In this document: positions 39,546-49,792 of the stretch, one piece after another
Numbering within the stretch: the first letter of the stretch is position 1
How the letters are laid out: the number at the start of each line of letters is the position of its first letter
Assembly (NCBI GenBank): GCA_032128875.1
Contig: JAVLKG010000012.1
Coordinates: 1-64,000, forward strand
Direction: 5' to 3'
Origin: Candidatus Melainabacteria bacterium 17Bon1m
Lineage (GTDB): Bacteria > Cyanobacteriota > Vampirovibrionia > Obscuribacterales > Obscuribacteraceae
DNA: 64,000 nt
Position numbers and translations under genes: made by a program
Notes under the pieces: generated by a model
Seen by the model: only the letters and a program-made list of their open reading frames with translations
Databases searched by the model: none
What the model was told of the DNA's origin: nothing

Positions 39546-40073
39546 ATGGAAACCCAAGAACATCGGCGCCAACTGGTACGACTGCTTCGACTAGCTTATT
39601 CGGGAGAGTTGGCGGCAGCCTTAGCGTACAGCGGGCACTGGCGCTCGCTCAGGGATCCGGAAGAGCGGGCGACGGTGCAAAGAATTGAGCGCGAAGAGCT
39701 CGAGCATCGAGAAACGGTTGGCGAGATGTTGAAGGCTCTGAACGAAAAACCGCTGCTCTGGCGGGAAGCCATGATGTGGACGATCGGGCGAACCGTTGCA
39801 CTTTCGTGTTTCTTGATCGGTTATTTTTTGCCGATGTATTTTGCTGGAAAACTCGAGCACGCCAACGTCATGGAATATGACGGGGCTGCTGAACATGCCA
39901 GCCATCTTGGTTTGGAGCGCTTCATTCCGCAGTTGCATGAGATGTCCAAGACCGAGCGTGAGCACGAAGTTTTCTTCAGCTCGAAGGCTTTGAATCATCC
40001 TTTGCTGCCACTGGTGATAGCAATCTTCCGCTGGGATCCTCACGAAGTTCTCGCCATCGAACCGAAGTCGTAG
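39546..40073 (+). CDS. Ferritin-like diiron protein (Coq7-like)
   Basis: GELAA...EELEH...LEHA...EREH. Confidence 0.75.
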   Translation: METQEHRRQLVRLLRLAYSGELAAALAYSGHWRSLRDPEERATVQRIEREELEHRETVGEMLKALNEKPLLWREAMMWTIGRTVALSCFLIGYFLPMYFAGKLEHANVMEYDGAAEHASHLGLERFIPQLHEMSKTEREHEVFFSSKALNHPLLPLVIAIFRWDPHEVLAIEPKS

Positions 40074-40074
40074 C

Positions 40075-40288
40075 GTGGGGGCGCGTTGCACGCGCCCTTT
40101 TCCTCGTGGTGGCGCGTTGCACGTGCCCTTTCTACTGTAGGGGCGACGCCATGCGTCGCCCGGTTTTGGTTTTCCTTTTGTAAGGGAGCCGCATGCGGCT
40201 CCCTGAGCAGGGGAGGCACATGTGCCTCCCCTACGACTATTTGCACATGTGCCTCCCCTACGACTATTTGCACATGTGCCTCCCCTAC
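40075..40288. repeat. REP-like palindrome cluster with a 27-bp tandem expansion
   Basis: Five GC-rich palindromes including GTAG-GGGCGACGC-cat-GCGTCGCCC and AGGGGAGGCACATGTGCCTCCCCT; GCACATGTGCCTCCCCTACGACTATTT starts at 40216, 40243 and 40270. Confidence 0.85.
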
Positions 40289-40294
40289 AAAGTC

Positions 40295-41560
40295 TTATGC
40301 AATCAGGCAAAGTTCGTCGCTTGTAGTCGAGTCAAATTCGTTGGCGAGTTGGAACTCTTCGTGAATGAGTCTTGCTGCTCTTTGCGCATCTGATTTTTCG
40401 ACCAGGCAAGAGATTGCGAGATCTCCCGTGCGCACTGATTTGACTTCGATGTTGTTAGATTCCAGGCATCCGATTACCTTTACCGATGCTGGCGCGTTGC
40501 CATGCTCGTCGCTGCCCACGAGGGTCACTTTGCAAAGATCCAGTTCGGAGCTGACGCGCACTTCTTTGTCCTTTTCACGAAGCGCCGAAATCGCATCCAG
40601 GACTCTGTCCTGATCTTGATATTGGAAGCAAATCTGGATGGTGGCGCATTTGGCACCATTATCGATTGAGCTGGATTTGCGGATGTTCTCGATAGAGATG
40701 CCGCAATCACTGATGCATTCGGTAACTTCTTTGAGGAGATTGGAACTCTCCTCAGATTTCGAAATTGAGATAAATCCTTGTTTTGAATCTACGGCGACGC
40801 CGCAAAATTGTTTTTGCCTTTCCACTCCGTTTTCTCCTTTGATTTCGGTTCCTCTATTCGAGGGGTTAAACGTATTTCGTACTCGGACGATGACATCGTA
40901 CTGTTCGCCAAGTTCTACAGCGCGTGGGTGAATTACCTGTGCGCCATTTTTTGCAAGCGTTACGCATCGCGCGTATGCGATCTCTTTTAGTGGCACCGCT
41001 TCTTTGATGACGTTTGGGTCCGCAGTGAAAACACCGTCCACATCTGTGTAGATGTCGCATTCTTTTGCGTCTAGCGCAGCTGCGAGTGCGACTGCAGTTG
41101 TGTCAGAGCCGCCTCTTCCGAGCGTTGTGATTTGTCCGCCATCGGTTACGCCCTGGAAGCCAGCGACCACAACCACGTCATTGTCGAATAGTTCGTTCTT
41201 AATCAGTTCGCTATTGATGCCCAAAATTCGAGCTGAGCCGTGATCATCGGTGGTGCTGATTCCGGCTTGTTGTCCAGTGAGAGATTTGGCTGTCAGTCCT
41301 TTTCTCTTGAGGATCAAACTGAGAAGAACGATTGAAACTTGCTCACCTGTCGAAAGAAGCAAATCTAGTTCTCTTTGATCCGGAGTTTTTGTGCATTGCT
41401 TAGCCAGGCTCAAAAGATGATCTGTTGTGTCGCCCATAGCTGATACAACGACAACAACAGGATGTGGCTTGTAGCTTGCGATGATATCGGCGACATGCTC
41501 TATTCGTCCAATGTTTTTCACGGACGAACCGCCGAATTTGAGCACCTTGATTTTGGACAT
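40295..41560 (-). CDS. lysC: Aspartate kinase
   Basis: KFGGSSV, VVSAMGDTTD, TTLGRGGSDTTA, IYTDVDGVFTADP; two ACT-like domains. Confidence 0.95.
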   Translation of the reverse strand: MSKIKVLKFGGSSVKNIGRIEHVADIIASYKPHPVVVVVSAMGDTTDHLLSLAKQCTKTPDQRELDLLLSTGEQVSIVLLSLILKRKGLTAKSLTGQQAGISTTDDHGSARILGINSELIKNELFDNDVVVVAGFQGVTDGGQITTLGRGGSDTTAVALAAALDAKECDIYTDVDGVFTADPNVIKEAVPLKEIAYARCVTLAKNGAQVIHPRAVELGEQYDVIVRVRNTFNPSNRGTEIKGENGVERQKQFCGVAVDSKQGFISISKSEESSNLLKEVTECISDCGISIENIRKSSSIDNGAKCATIQICFQYQDQDRVLDAISALREKDKEVRVSSELDLCKVTLVGSDEHGNAPASVKVIGCLESNNIEVKSVRTGDLAISCLVEKSDAQRAARLIHEEFQLANEFDSTTSDELCLIA

Positions 41561-41573
41561 GATTGACTCCGTT

Positions 41574-42794
41574 CTATGCGGTAACTAATTCTCTATCTTT
41601 CGAAACTGCAAAGCTCTTTGATTTTGGCAACACAGCGTCGAGATCTTTGATCAGGTCGCTGGCTTCTTCAATACCGACGGAAAGTCTGATCAAGCCATCA
41701 ACGATGCCTAGCGGTTCGCGAACTTCTTTCGGAATTGGCGCATGTGTCATTGAGGCGGGATGGCAGATGAGCGATTTGACGCCACCGAGACTTTCTGCAA
41801 GTTGGAACAACTTTGTATTGCTGACTACATCTCTTGCATTTTCCAGTCCACCTTTGACGACGCATGCCACCACTCCACCGAAACCTTTCATTTGTTCGCT
41901 GGCAAGCTGATGCTGCGGGTGGCTCGTCAAGCCTGGATAGAAAACTGACTCCACACCTGGGTGCTGTTCGAGGAAACGTGCAACTGCAAAGGCATTGTTT
42001 TGGTGCTCTTTCATGCGCAGTGCAAGAGTTTTCACCCCTCGAAGCGCCAAGAAGCAATCGAGCGGTCCGGGCACAGCGCCGACAGCGTTATTGTGGAATT
42101 TGAGCACTTCATAGAGTTCATCATTAGAGGTGATGACTGCACCACCGATGATATCGCTGTGACCCGAGATATATTTAGTGGTGCTGTGGATAACAACGTC
42201 GGCACCAAGTTCGATCGGGCGTTGGAAATATGGCGTAGCAAAGGTATTGTCGACCGCGAAAATCAGCCCGCGAGATTTTGTTAGTTCTGCAACTTTTCGC
42301 AGATCTGCCAGGCGCAATAAGGGGTTGGTTGGTGATTCAAGCCAAACTAATTTCGTTTGGGGAGTTATAGCGCGTTCGATGGCATTGATGTCTTTTCCAT
42401 CGATGTAACTGAAGGTGAGACCATATCTGGAAAACACTTTCTCGAATAAGCGGTAAACACCGCCGTAAACGTCCTCTCCGACAATGACGTGATCGCCGGC
42501 GGAGAGAAGGTTTATAACTGTCGCGGCTGCCGACAGACCTGAAGCTGAAGCCAAGCAATATTTAGCGTTTTCCAAAGATGCCAGGCATTCTTCGAGTGCG
42601 CTGCGTGTCGGGTTGTGAGTTCGTGCATATTGATAGCCTTTGTTGACGCCCAGTTCTTCGAGCACGAATGTCGAAGTTTGATAAATGGGCGTGATTAACG
42701 CACCGGTGCTGGGATCGGGCTCCTGACCTTCGTGAATTGCTTTTGTGGCAAAACAGTATTCGGGCGATTCAGTAGTGGATTTGACTTGTGACAT
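41574..42794 (-). CDS. Cystathionine gamma-synthase/lyase family PLP enzyme (metB-like)
   Basis: PIYQTSTF, YARTHNPT, ESPTNP, DNTFATP, HSTTKYISGHSD, AESLGG; GGAGG RBS before 42794. Confidence 0.93.
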   Translation of the reverse strand: MSQVKSTTESPEYCFATKAIHEGQEPDPSTGALITPIYQTSTFVLEELGVNKGYQYARTHNPTRSALEECLASLENAKYCLASASGLSAAATVINLLSAGDHVIVGEDVYGGVYRLFEKVFSRYGLTFSYIDGKDINAIERAITPQTKLVWLESPTNPLLRLADLRKVAELTKSRGLIFAVDNTFATPYFQRPIELGADVVIHSTTKYISGHSDIIGGAVITSNDELYEVLKFHNNAVGAVPGPLDCFLALRGVKTLALRMKEHQNNAFAVARFLEQHPGVESVFYPGLTSHPQHQLASEQMKGFGGVVACVVKGGLENARDVVSNTKLFQLAESLGGVKSLICHPASMTHAPIPKEVREPLGIVDGLIRLSVGIEEASDLIKDLDAVLPKSKSFAVSKDRELVTA

Positions 42795-42812
42795 TGAAAA
42801 AACCTCCAAAAC

Positions 42813-42846
42813 AAAAAGCCCCTCTTCCGCATTCGGAAGAGAGGGC
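42813..42846 (-). terminator. Intrinsic terminator (attenuator) upstream of the metB-like gene
   Basis: GCCCTCTCTTCCG-aatg-CGGAAGAGGGGC-TTTTTGTTTT. Confidence 0.85.
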
Positions 42847-42876
42847 ATTGCGACACTTATTCGGCTGAGCTACTTG

Positions 42877-42963
42877 TTAGCTAGACATTCTCACGTGTGG
42901 CAAATGCTCCCCCCTTCCGGAGGGCATCGGCATTACCATAGTGGTGGTCGAGCGATTAAACAT
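42877..42963 (-). CDS. Thr/Met-rich attenuation leader peptide (28 aa)
   Basis: MFNRSTTTMVMPMPSGRGEHLPHVRMSS; lies between a promoter and the terminator. Confidence 0.75.
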   Translation of the reverse strand: MFNRSTTTMVMPMPSGRGEHLPHVRMSS

Positions 42964-42969
42964 GCCCCC

Positions 42970-42997
42970 ATTATGGTTGGATTACAGCAAGAGTCAA
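42970..42997 (-). promoter_or_regulatory. Sigma70-like promoter
   Basis: TTGACT-16 nt-CATAAT, 6 nt before the leader ATG. Confidence 0.7.
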
Positions 42998-43220
42998 TTT
43001 TTGGCGCCCACTTTGTAACGGGGGCACTTGGCTTAGAGCCGTCTCAGGTGGGTGAAACCTGCAACAGCGCAATGCTTAAGACTGGTATGGCAGAACTGGC
43101 GCGGCTTAACAGAATTGTGCCGATTTCGCCTAATAGATAAAGGTCTTTCTTTGTCCTATATAGCAAGTCACCCTGAATGCCGGAGCCGAGGCACCCTGGC
43201 TGAATAAACCCAGGTGGCAG

Positions 43221-44642
43221 CTAAGAACCTTGCCTCGTCTTCCTGGTCACTACCTTTGCTCCTTCCGTCAAAGTGTCTTGCGGATTCACAACCAATGATT
43301 CGCTTCCATTTAATCCACCGATTACTTCAATGTCGGTGCCAAGATCTTTTCCGAGCTGGAGTTTTTTGAAGTGAACAGTGCCATCTTTTGCCAGCGTTAG
43401 CACACGTTGACCTTCACTGGAAGAAACCAATGAATTCGCTGGAATCAAGAAAGTCTTCGCTGTGACGGGAACAGTGATATTCACGTCCGCGTACATGCCC
43501 GGTGCCAAAAGCATCGCTTTGTTGTCGATGTGAATTTCTGTGCGCATTGTCCGCGCAGCCGGATCGAGTGCAACTGATGTTCGTGCTACGGTGCCGTTGA
43601 ATACGCGGTCGGGAAACTCTTTCAAACTGACTTTTACCGTCTGCCCTGCGCGCACTCCGACAGCAACGTACTGCGGCACATCGATGAAAACTTTCACCGT
43701 ATCTACCCGTGCGACTTTGAAAAGCGAAGTCTTGGAATTTTCGCTTCCGGAAGTGACCAGCATGCCGGTGTCTGCATTGCGCTCCGTGACTATCCCTGTG
43801 AATGGACTGGTGACATTTTGAAATGCTCTTTCAGTACTGCTTCTGGTGGCACGCGCTTTTGATGCCAGTATATTTGCCGCACTCAGGTCTACTGTCGCGC
43901 TCTGGGCTTTCACCTTTGCGCGAGCAGCAATGACATTTGATTCTGCTGCGCTGACTTTATCTAACGCGGCTTGGCGTGCGGCTGTTGTGGTCTTATATCT
44001 GTTTTCCTTTTCATCAACATCTTGCCAGGAAACCGCACCTTGCTCACCAAGACTTTTCCATCTTTGGTATGTCGACAGCGCAAACTTTTGATCGCTCTCC
44101 GCTTCAGTGAGAGATGCTTTTGCTTGTGAAACTTGTGCGATGGCTGCGCTCAAATCTGCCTGTGCGCGATCTCTGTCTGCCTCGCTCTGAGCGCGTGCCG
44201 CCACAGATGTAAGCACTTGCGCTTCAGCCTCGCGCTCGCTAGCTTCTACTTCTGGTGTTTGCAATTTCGCCAGCAACTGACCAGCTTGGACGCGATCGCC
44301 TATATCTACAAATCGCTGCTGCACGTATCCACTACTGCGAGCGTAAATTTCGGCGTCGACAATAGCCTCGATCGTACCCGGCAGATTGAGCTGGTTTGTC
44401 GATGGTGCTGGGCGAACTTGTGTTGTTGAAACAAGCGGCAGCTGCTCAACAATCTTTTTGTGACTCTCGCCTAATTCTTGACCTTGCATAATCCTTGGAA
44501 TCACGCCGATCGGCAGAGCGAGTGACATAACTACTCCGGAGATTCCCAACAACCGCGCAAATCCGGTCTCTTTTCTACCTTCGCGAAAATGCGTCGTAGT
44601 TGAATTTTCTCTTGCTGGTTTTGGAATTGTTTGTTCAACCAT
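43221..44642 (-). CDS. RND efflux membrane fusion protein
   Basis: IYARSSGYV, VDIGDRV, SPFTGIVTERN, LAPGMYA. Confidence 0.92.
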   Translation of the reverse strand: MVEQTIPKPARENSTTTHFREGRKETGFARLLGISGVVMSLALPIGVIPRIMQGQELGESHKKIVEQLPLVSTTQVRPAPSTNQLNLPGTIEAIVDAEIYARSSGYVQQRFVDIGDRVQAGQLLAKLQTPEVEASEREAEAQVLTSVAARAQSEADRDRAQADLSAAIAQVSQAKASLTEAESDQKFALSTYQRWKSLGEQGAVSWQDVDEKENRYKTTTAARQAALDKVSAAESNVIAARAKVKAQSATVDLSAANILASKARATRSSTERAFQNVTSPFTGIVTERNADTGMLVTSGSENSKTSLFKVARVDTVKVFIDVPQYVAVGVRAGQTVKVSLKEFPDRVFNGTVARTSVALDPAARTMRTEIHIDNKAMLLAPGMYADVNITVPVTAKTFLIPANSLVSSSEGQRVLTLAKDGTVHFKKLQLGKDLGTDIEVIGGLNGSESLVVNPQDTLTEGAKVVTRKTRQGS

Positions 44643-44920
44643 GACTCAGGCTCCACTTTTCGGCTGTTGTCAAATTCATTGGAGAGCAATTTCCAACGTC
44701 GAGCATTACGTCCGACAGTTGGCGAGCGGTTTTTGCCGCGTTTTTTTGCTTGGGTTTTTCGCTTCTTTTAGAATAGACCGGTCGGTCTAATGCGTCAATA
44801 CCTTTTGCCCGCAAATTAATGAAATACAAGGGTTTCAAGGATTTTTCACCATTCTAAGTAACCTCCGAGATACTGCTTCGAGGGCGTTTTTTCCACTTCC
44901 GCCGGTATCGAAACCACTTT

Positions 44921-47900
44921 CTACGCGACCTCTGCAGGTTGCACAACTAGCGTTGGACGCAGTTTTTTTCGTATGAGACTGAATACAACAGGTACGAAGA
45001 AGAGCGTGAAGAAAGTCGCCATCGAAAGACCACCGATGACGGCGCGACCCAAAGGTGCATTCTGCTCGCCGCCTTCGCCCCAGCCGAGTGACATCGGAAT
45101 CATGCCGATTATCATCGCCAAAGCCGTCATCATTACCGGTCGCAAGCGGGTTTTTCCTGCTTCCAATGCGGCAGAGCGAACATCAAGACCTTCCGATAGT
45201 TTTTCATTCGCGAAAGTAATCATCAAGATACTGTTGGCTGTAGCCACGCCGATGCTCATAATTGCACCCATTAGTGACGGGACGTTGAATGTGGTCGTCG
45301 TCAAAAACAACATCCAGATGATGCCGGCGAACGCTCCGGGAAGTGCGGTGATAATGATGAGTGGGTCTGTCCAACTTTGGAAATTGACGACCATCAGTAA
45401 ATACACAAGAACAATAGCGCCGAGAAAACCGATGCCGAGTTTGAGAAAGGCGCTGTCCATGTTTTCCACAAGCCCGCGCAAAAATATCTGATTACCTGGT
45501 TTCATCTTCGGTTTGTATTCGTCCAAAATCTTCTGAATATCTTGTGCCGCACCGCCCAGATCTCGAGTTTGCACACTCGCATAAATGTCGAAGACTGGCT
45601 GAATGTTGAGATGATTGATGGTGCCGTATCCGGAAGTGTGCTCTATGGTGGCAATATTGCCGAGAAATTCCGCTTGCTGCGTTAATCCTTTTGTGGAAAG
45701 TGGAGTCTTCATGATCGAGCTAACGGAATCAACCTTGTACTGAGGCGTTTGGACTGCAAGAAAATATTGAATTCCGGTTTCCGGATCGACCCAATAATTT
45801 GGTGTCACCTGTGTGTTCGAACTAAGTGATACCAATACATCATTTGCCACATCGCGCTGGGTGAGTCCAAAACGTGCTGCACGCGCTCTATCTACATTGA
45901 GTCTTAACTGTGGAGCATCAACCTCTTGGTGAAGATGCACATCAACAGCGCCAGGTACCTTGCGTACTCTATCTATAATCTCCCTGGCGATCTGCAAATT
46001 CTCTGCCTTGTTGTATCCGGCTACCCGAATGTTGATTGGTGCAGGCAATCCAAAGCTGAGAATTTGATTGACGATGTCGGCTGGCTGGTAGTAGAAGGTT
46101 AGATTTGGAAACTTATCGTTGAGCGCAATGCGCACCAGTCGCATATACTCAGGCGTCGAGTGCTTGCGGTGGTGTTTTAGCGAGACGAGAATCTCACCGT
46201 CGGCTGTACCAATTGTCGCGCTGTCACCGAATGCAAGGTTGAAAGCCTCTGCCGGCATCCCTATATTGTCTATAAGGAGGGCTATTTCTTCTTTCGGTAT
46301 AACCCTGCGAATCTCAGCTTCAACAGCGCTAAAGAGCTGCTCTGTTTTCTCTATTCGTGTGCCACTTTGCGCTTTTACGTGCAATCGAAATTGTCCAGCG
46401 TCAACTATTGGGAAAAAATCTCTGCCAATGAAAGGCAGTAATATCGCGCCAGAAATCAGAATTGCCGCAGCGAGTCCGACTACGGCTTTCGGTGAGTCCA
46501 ACGACCAGCGCAACCCGGCCATATACACACGCCGCAAGCGATCGAAGCGGTCGTTAAACCAGGCGTGAAGTTTTTCGAATACACTTTCTTGCCCCGTGTG
46601 AGCATGATTTTCTAACTCGCCCTTCAGCAAGTATTTCACCATTACCGGTACCAACGTCCTGGAGAGGATGTAGGATGCGAAAACAGCGAAAACGACAGCC
46701 AGAGCAAATGGAACGAAGAGAAAACGTGCCGGGCCTTCAAGCAAAATTACAGGAAGAAACACAATACAAATTGCTGATGTGGCAACAAAAGTTGGCACCG
46801 CGATCTGTTGAGCACCATCAAGAATTGCTGTTTTAAGGTCTTTGCCCAGTGCAATGTTGCGGTGAATGTTTTCAATCTCAACTGTCGCGTCGTCGACCAA
46901 AATACCAATCGCCAGCGCCAGACCACCCAGGGTCATGATGTTCAGCGACATGCGAAGCGCGTCAAGCGCAATTATCGAACTGAGAATTGACAGGGGAATT
47001 GATATCAAAACAATAAGCGTGCTCCTCCAACTTCCCAGGAAAAGAAGTATCATCGCCCCGGTCAAACATGCCGCAATTATTCCTTCGTGCACCACGTTGT
47101 CGACTGCTGCTTTTACGAAAAGCGACTGGTCAAATAGCTGCTCGATTCGCATTCCAGGCGGTGCAGCGGCTTGAAGCGTTGGTACCAAACCTTTGATCTG
47201 ATTGACGATGTCCAGTGTGGAGACTGCGCCGTTTTTCAAAATGGTGACGAGAACCGAGCGCGAACCTTCTGCTCTTACGATGTTTTGTTGGACAGCAAAT
47301 CCATCCCGGACATGCGCCACATCACGTATGAAAATCACTTTGCCGTTGACCATTTTGACTGGCAGATCATTGATCGACTGCACAACCTCAGGCGTGTTGT
47401 TCAGCAGAACTCGATAGTCGGTATCTCCGATTTTTGCTTTACCCGATGGCAACGCGAGATTCTGCGCATTGATGGCGTCATTGACTTCGCGAGGAGAAAT
47501 TCCTTTTGATTGAAGCGCCATCGGATCGATGTCGATCATGATTTGCCTGACTTTGCCACCGTAGGGCGCGGGGAGCGTGGTGCCTTGCACTACTGCAAGT
47601 GCCTGTCTGATTCGAAAGATCCCATAATCGTATAGTTGTGATTCATTGAGTGTTTCGCTGCTCAAGGCAAGCTGAATGATCGGCACTGACGATGCCGTAT
47701 AGCGCAGAATAATTGGCGGTTGCACACCTGGTGGCATACGTCGCAGAATGCCTTGTGATACCGCGGTTGCTTGCGCCATTGCAGATTCAACGTTGGCGCC
47801 CGGGTGAAAAAAGAGGCGAATGACGCCAACCCCGTCGGTCGTCTGAGACTCAATCGCTTTAATGTCTTTGACGTTGGCTGAGAGCGAATACTCACTGTAA

Positions 47901-48094
47901 ATCGTAAGACGTCGCTCCATCTCCTCCGCTGACATGCCACCGTACGTCCAGATGACGCTGATGACAGGTATGTTGATATCCGGAAAGATATCTACAGGCA
48001 TCGAGCGTACTGAGCCGATCCCCAGGATCATTATCAAAATCGCCATGACGACGAACGTATATGGGCGGCTTAAAGCCAGCCTTACGACCCACAT
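44921..48094 (-). CDS. RND efflux permease (AcrB/AcrD/AcrF family)
   Basis: DIFPDI, GILVDDA, RLRPVMMT, PLGRAVIGG. Confidence 0.95.
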   Translation of the reverse strand: MWVVRLALSRPYTFVVMAILIMILGIGSVRSMPVDIFPDINIPVISVIWTYGGMSAEEMERRLTIYSEYSLSANVKDIKAIESQTTDGVGVIRLFFHPGANVESAMAQATAVSQGILRRMPPGVQPPIILRYTASSVPIIQLALSSETLNESQLYDYGIFRIRQALAVVQGTTLPAPYGGKVRQIMIDIDPMALQSKGISPREVNDAINAQNLALPSGKAKIGDTDYRVLLNNTPEVVQSINDLPVKMVNGKVIFIRDVAHVRDGFAVQQNIVRAEGSRSVLVTILKNGAVSTLDIVNQIKGLVPTLQAAAPPGMRIEQLFDQSLFVKAAVDNVVHEGIIAACLTGAMILLFLGSWRSTLIVLISIPLSILSSIIALDALRMSLNIMTLGGLALAIGILVDDATVEIENIHRNIALGKDLKTAILDGAQQIAVPTFVATSAICIVFLPVILLEGPARFLFVPFALAVVFAVFASYILSRTLVPVMVKYLLKGELENHAHTGQESVFEKLHAWFNDRFDRLRRVYMAGLRWSLDSPKAVVGLAAAILISGAILLPFIGRDFFPIVDAGQFRLHVKAQSGTRIEKTEQLFSAVEAEIRRVIPKEEIALLIDNIGMPAEAFNLAFGDSATIGTADGEILVSLKHHRKHSTPEYMRLVRIALNDKFPNLTFYYQPADIVNQILSFGLPAPINIRVAGYNKAENLQIAREIIDRVRKVPGAVDVHLHQEVDAPQLRLNVDRARAARFGLTQRDVANDVLVSLSSNTQVTPNYWVDPETGIQYFLAVQTPQYKVDSVSSIMKTPLSTKGLTQQAEFLGNIATIEHTSGYGTINHLNIQPVFDIYASVQTRDLGGAAQDIQKILDEYKPKMKPGNQIFLRGLVENMDSAFLKLGIGFLGAIVLVYLLMVVNFQSWTDPLIIITALPGAFAGIIWMLFLTTTTFNVPSLMGAIMSIGVATANSILMITFANEKLSEGLDVRSAALEAGKTRLRPVMMTALAMIIGMIPMSLGWGEGGEQNAPLGRAVIGGLSMATFFTLFFVPVVFSLIRKKLRPTLVVQPAEVA

Positions 48095-48414
48095 TGGAAT
48101 TCCTCTTATGTTGTTTGAACTGGGGGTGATGCCACGAAATGGTTTTCGGGTTCACTGCGATAGTGTTTAGAATAGACCAGTCGTCTAGTAGCGTCAAGCC
48201 CCCCAAAAATGAGGTAAACGTCTCAAATAACGGGAAATTAGTGGAAACCTTGGAACCTCGAAGGATTTTGCCAGTCCCGCAGAGGTATTACGACATCGCT
48301 TCGGTAGCCAATCGGCTACGGCGGGGACCGAAAAGGTAGGCAGAGCTACGGTTTTAGGCGAAAGAGCGGTCCACCCCCAAGATGGCGAGTCAAGGAGTCA
48401 CCCAGGTATTGATT

Positions 48415-49677
48415 ATGAAACGACGTCATTTGCTAGCTTTGTCGTTATTTGTCTCGCTCGCCTCCGCGCCGCTGGCGTTCCCGAAGGCGGTTTTCGCGGC
48501 TGATGAAGCGATTTCATCAGTGTCCGAGGCGGCTAACGTCGCGGACACTTCTCACACCTCGGCTCATCCAAACGTAGGTGGAGTGGCGCATACGGATATT
48601 GAAACCGCTACAAAGTCGACGGTTGAGTCCCACGGACCGGCACCAGAAGTGATATTCAATCCAAAGCCTACTGAAATTGAGACGAATGCGACGTCAATCA
48701 AACCGGCAAATCCACATTCTATGGAATACGGTTATGTTCCGAAATTCGTTCCTTTCGCCACAGGCAATGGAAAGTTTCAAGTAAATAAGACGCTCCAAAG
48801 GAAAACCATGGCTCTCGCATTAGGTGGCGGCGGTGTCCGAGGAGCGGCTCATGTAGGTGTATTGAAAGTATTCGAGCGCGAGAAACTCCCAATCGATTAC
48901 ATCGTTGGCAATTCGATGGGCGCGATAGTCGGCGGAATGTATGCTGCAGGAGTCGATTTTGATGAGCTTTCCAACGAGAAGAGTTTTGAAGACTTTCGTA
49001 AATCGTATGTCCCGACTTGGACGGCCAAAACGCTTCGACTGCCGCTTTCCGTTTTGTGTCGCCCGTTTCGAACGGGCCCCGTGGGCATTATGACAGGCAA
49101 GAAATATCAAAAGTTCTTGGAGAAACATATACCAAAAGGCAAGGAAAACATCGAGAGCCTGAACATTCCATTTTCTGCCGTCGTCACCAATTTGATCGAC
49201 GGGCAGGCTTACAGAATCAGCGAAGGCGATCTCGCCACAGCGATGCGCGCCAGTTCTGCGATTGCACCGATAATTCAACCCGTGAAAATAGGCGACAAGC
49301 TCTGCGTTGATGGCGGCGTACGTGCAAATTTGCCGGCATCTGCAGCGCGAGATACTGGCGCCGATGTTGTGGTGGCAGTCTTAGTGGACGATCCTTTGCG
49401 TAAAGTGCCAGAGAAAGAGTTGCGTCACTTCCGCTCAGTCGCTGAGAGAATGACAAACATTGTGCTTGCTGTTACTGACGAACATCAGTTGCAGTTCGCA
49501 GATATCGTCATAAGTCCTGATGTAAGCGGAATTTCGATATTCTCCAAGAAAAGGGAAGACATCGAACGTGCAATGAAGGCCGGCGAAATAGCCGCTGAAA
49601 AAGCGATGCCGCTAATCAGGCAGAAGTTGAATCTGCTACCGTCAACGCAGTTGAGTGGCTCTGGTGTTAGTCACTAG
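48415..49677 (+). CDS. Exported patatin-like phospholipase
   Basis: Signal peptide; GGGGVRG, GNSMG, DGG. Confidence 0.92.
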   Translation: MKRRHLLALSLFVSLASAPLAFPKAVFAADEAISSVSEAANVADTSHTSAHPNVGGVAHTDIETATKSTVESHGPAPEVIFNPKPTEIETNATSIKPANPHSMEYGYVPKFVPFATGNGKFQVNKTLQRKTMALALGGGGVRGAAHVGVLKVFEREKLPIDYIVGNSMGAIVGGMYAAGVDFDELSNEKSFEDFRKSYVPTWTAKTLRLPLSVLCRPFRTGPVGIMTGKKYQKFLEKHIPKGKENIESLNIPFSAVVTNLIDGQAYRISEGDLATAMRASSAIAPIIQPVKIGDKLCVDGGVRANLPASAARDTGADVVVAVLVDDPLRKVPEKELRHFRSVAERMTNIVLAVTDEHQLQFADIVISPDVSGISIFSKKREDIERAMKAGEIAAEKAMPLIRQKLNLLPSTQLSGSGVSH

Positions 49678-49792
49678 CTATACTGTGATGGCTTGGCACT
49701 AGAGCAAATGATTCCGGTGCTTCGCCGTTTAGCGGCTCAGTCTATTGTGGTTTAATTCTGGAACGGTCCGTTTTTATGTTTGACCAGCCACA

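Noticed and set aside
40216-40288. CRISPR array
   Set aside because: The 27-bp units are contiguous and identical with no unique spacers, and no cas genes are present.
39621-40310. 229-aa ORF with RGGTCANS repeats
   Set aside because: It is a translation of the REP-like repeats and overlaps a real gene antisense.
42813-42963. SAM-I riboswitch or T-box
   Set aside because: I could not find their consensus elements; a leader peptide plus antiterminator explains the region better.
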